Assembly: GCF_000485595.1 (NCBI RefSeq)
Contig: NW_014577091.1
Coordinates: 114,835 to 174,892 of the forward strand
Reading direction: 5' to 3'
DNA from: Priapulus caudatus
Taxonomy: Eukaryota
Length of the DNA: 60,058 bases
Below the pieces are notes generated by a model. The model was not told where the DNA came from. It was given only the letters and a program-made list of their open reading frames with translations, and searched no databases. Made by a program: the position numbers and the translations under genes. This document shows positions 58,998 to 60,058 of this stretch, in pieces; position 1 is the first letter of the stretch; each line of letters opens with the position of its first letter.

Positions 58998-59970
58998 AGT
59001 GAGTGGGTAAGGTGAGGTGAGTGGTGGGCAGGCTGGGATGGTGGTGGGTGGTTGCGGGTGTCTAGGTGGGTGAGGTGGGGTAGGTGGGTCGATGTGTGGG
59101 CAGGGCTCTGGAATTGTGGTGGGCTGTTGGGTTGTCTTAGGTGGGTGAGTGCGGTAGGTGGTTGTGAGTGTGGGTCAGGGCTGGATGGTGGTGGGGGGTG
59201 CGTTCGTGCAGGTGGCGTAGCGTGCGTGGTGCGCTGGCAGGGGCTTGGATGGTGGGTGGGTGAGTGAGGAGGTGGGTGAGTGGTGGCAGGGCTGGATGTG
59301 GTGGTGGTGGTTGGGGTGTCTAAGGCTGGTGTGATGCGGTATGGTGGTGGAGTGGTGTGCAGCGGCTGGATGGTGGTGGGTGCGTTGGTTGTCTAGTCGT
59401 GGCGTGAGCTGTGCCACGTAGCGTGGGTGTAGTGGTGCGGCAGGCTGGACTGTTGCGTCGCCGGTGGGTGGGTGAGTGGCGGTATGGTAGTTCGCTGAGT
59501 GAGTGGCACGGCCTTGGCATCGGCTGGTGGCGTGAGTGCGGTAGTGTGGTCCGTGAGTGCGTGGGCCAGGGCTGGTGCATGGTGCGTGGGTGGTGTAAGG
59601 TGCTACTGCTGTCGCGACATTGAAGGTGTGTGAGTGGTCTAGGCGCAGGGCTGCGATGGCTTTGGTGAAGGTGGCCGTGGGTGTCTAGCGTGGGTGGAGT
59701 GGCGTAGCGTGGTGTGATAGGTGCGGAGTGGGTGCTGGACAAGTGCTGCGCGGGTTAGGTAGTTCTAGGTGGCCGTGAGTGGGTAGGTGGGTGCAGTGGT
59801 GGGTGGGGCTGGCACAGTGGGGGTTGCGGTTGGTAGTCTAGGTGCGGGTTAGTGGGTAGGGTGGATGAGTGGCTTGAGGCGGCCCCGCGTGGCATGGCTA
59901 GCGGTGAGTAGGTGGAGCGGTTGGTTAGGATGGGTGGGGTAGGTGAGCGTAGATGCGGTGGCTGCAGGTA
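58998..59970. repeat. G/T-rich degenerate tandem repeat, probably noisy long-read sequence
   Basis: Recurrent GTGAGTGG..GCAGGGCTGGATGGTGGTGG..GTGTCTAG motifs with irregular spacing. Confidence 0.75.
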
Positions 59971-60058
59971 CGCGAGTCGATATTAGATCGTAGTGGCTCC
60001 AGCCCGCTTTTTCTGTTATGCTGTTATGTTGTTGTTGTGGTTTGTGCTGCGCGCCTGT

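Noticed and set aside
59052..59742. W/G/V-rich and H/P/T-rich ORFs at the window end
   Set aside because: Translations of low-complexity G/T repeat sequence.

Overview
Intron-rich animal (invertebrate-type metazoan) genomic DNA from a gapped draft assembly. It holds four spliced housekeeping genes in alternating orientation: TRAPPC8 (minus, 5' part, runs off the left edge), CHMP1A (plus, complete), DHX35 (minus, nearly complete) and NUP210/gp210 (plus, 5' part, runs off the right edge). The short ORFs in the supplied track are mostly exon read-throughs or noise, so exons were rebuilt by hand from splice sites, phase and recalled similarity to the human proteins. Notable points: (1) the DHX35 and NUP210 start codons are only 67 bp apart, head to head; (2) an intact-looking U3 snoRNA gene lies antisense in a DHX35 intron; (3) there are two U12-type (minor spliceosome) introns; (4) an 18-bp palindrome supplies the first AATAAA for both convergent genes CHMP1A and DHX35; (5) several tandem repeats copy splice sites, including stop-carrying extra acceptors before the last CHMP1A exon; (6) there are many non-autonomous DNA transposons, including hAT elements with 6-bp target-site duplications (TSDs). 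Two multi-kb duplications look like haplotype or long-read assembly artefacts. I found no evidence for a wholly new gene system. No database searches were run.
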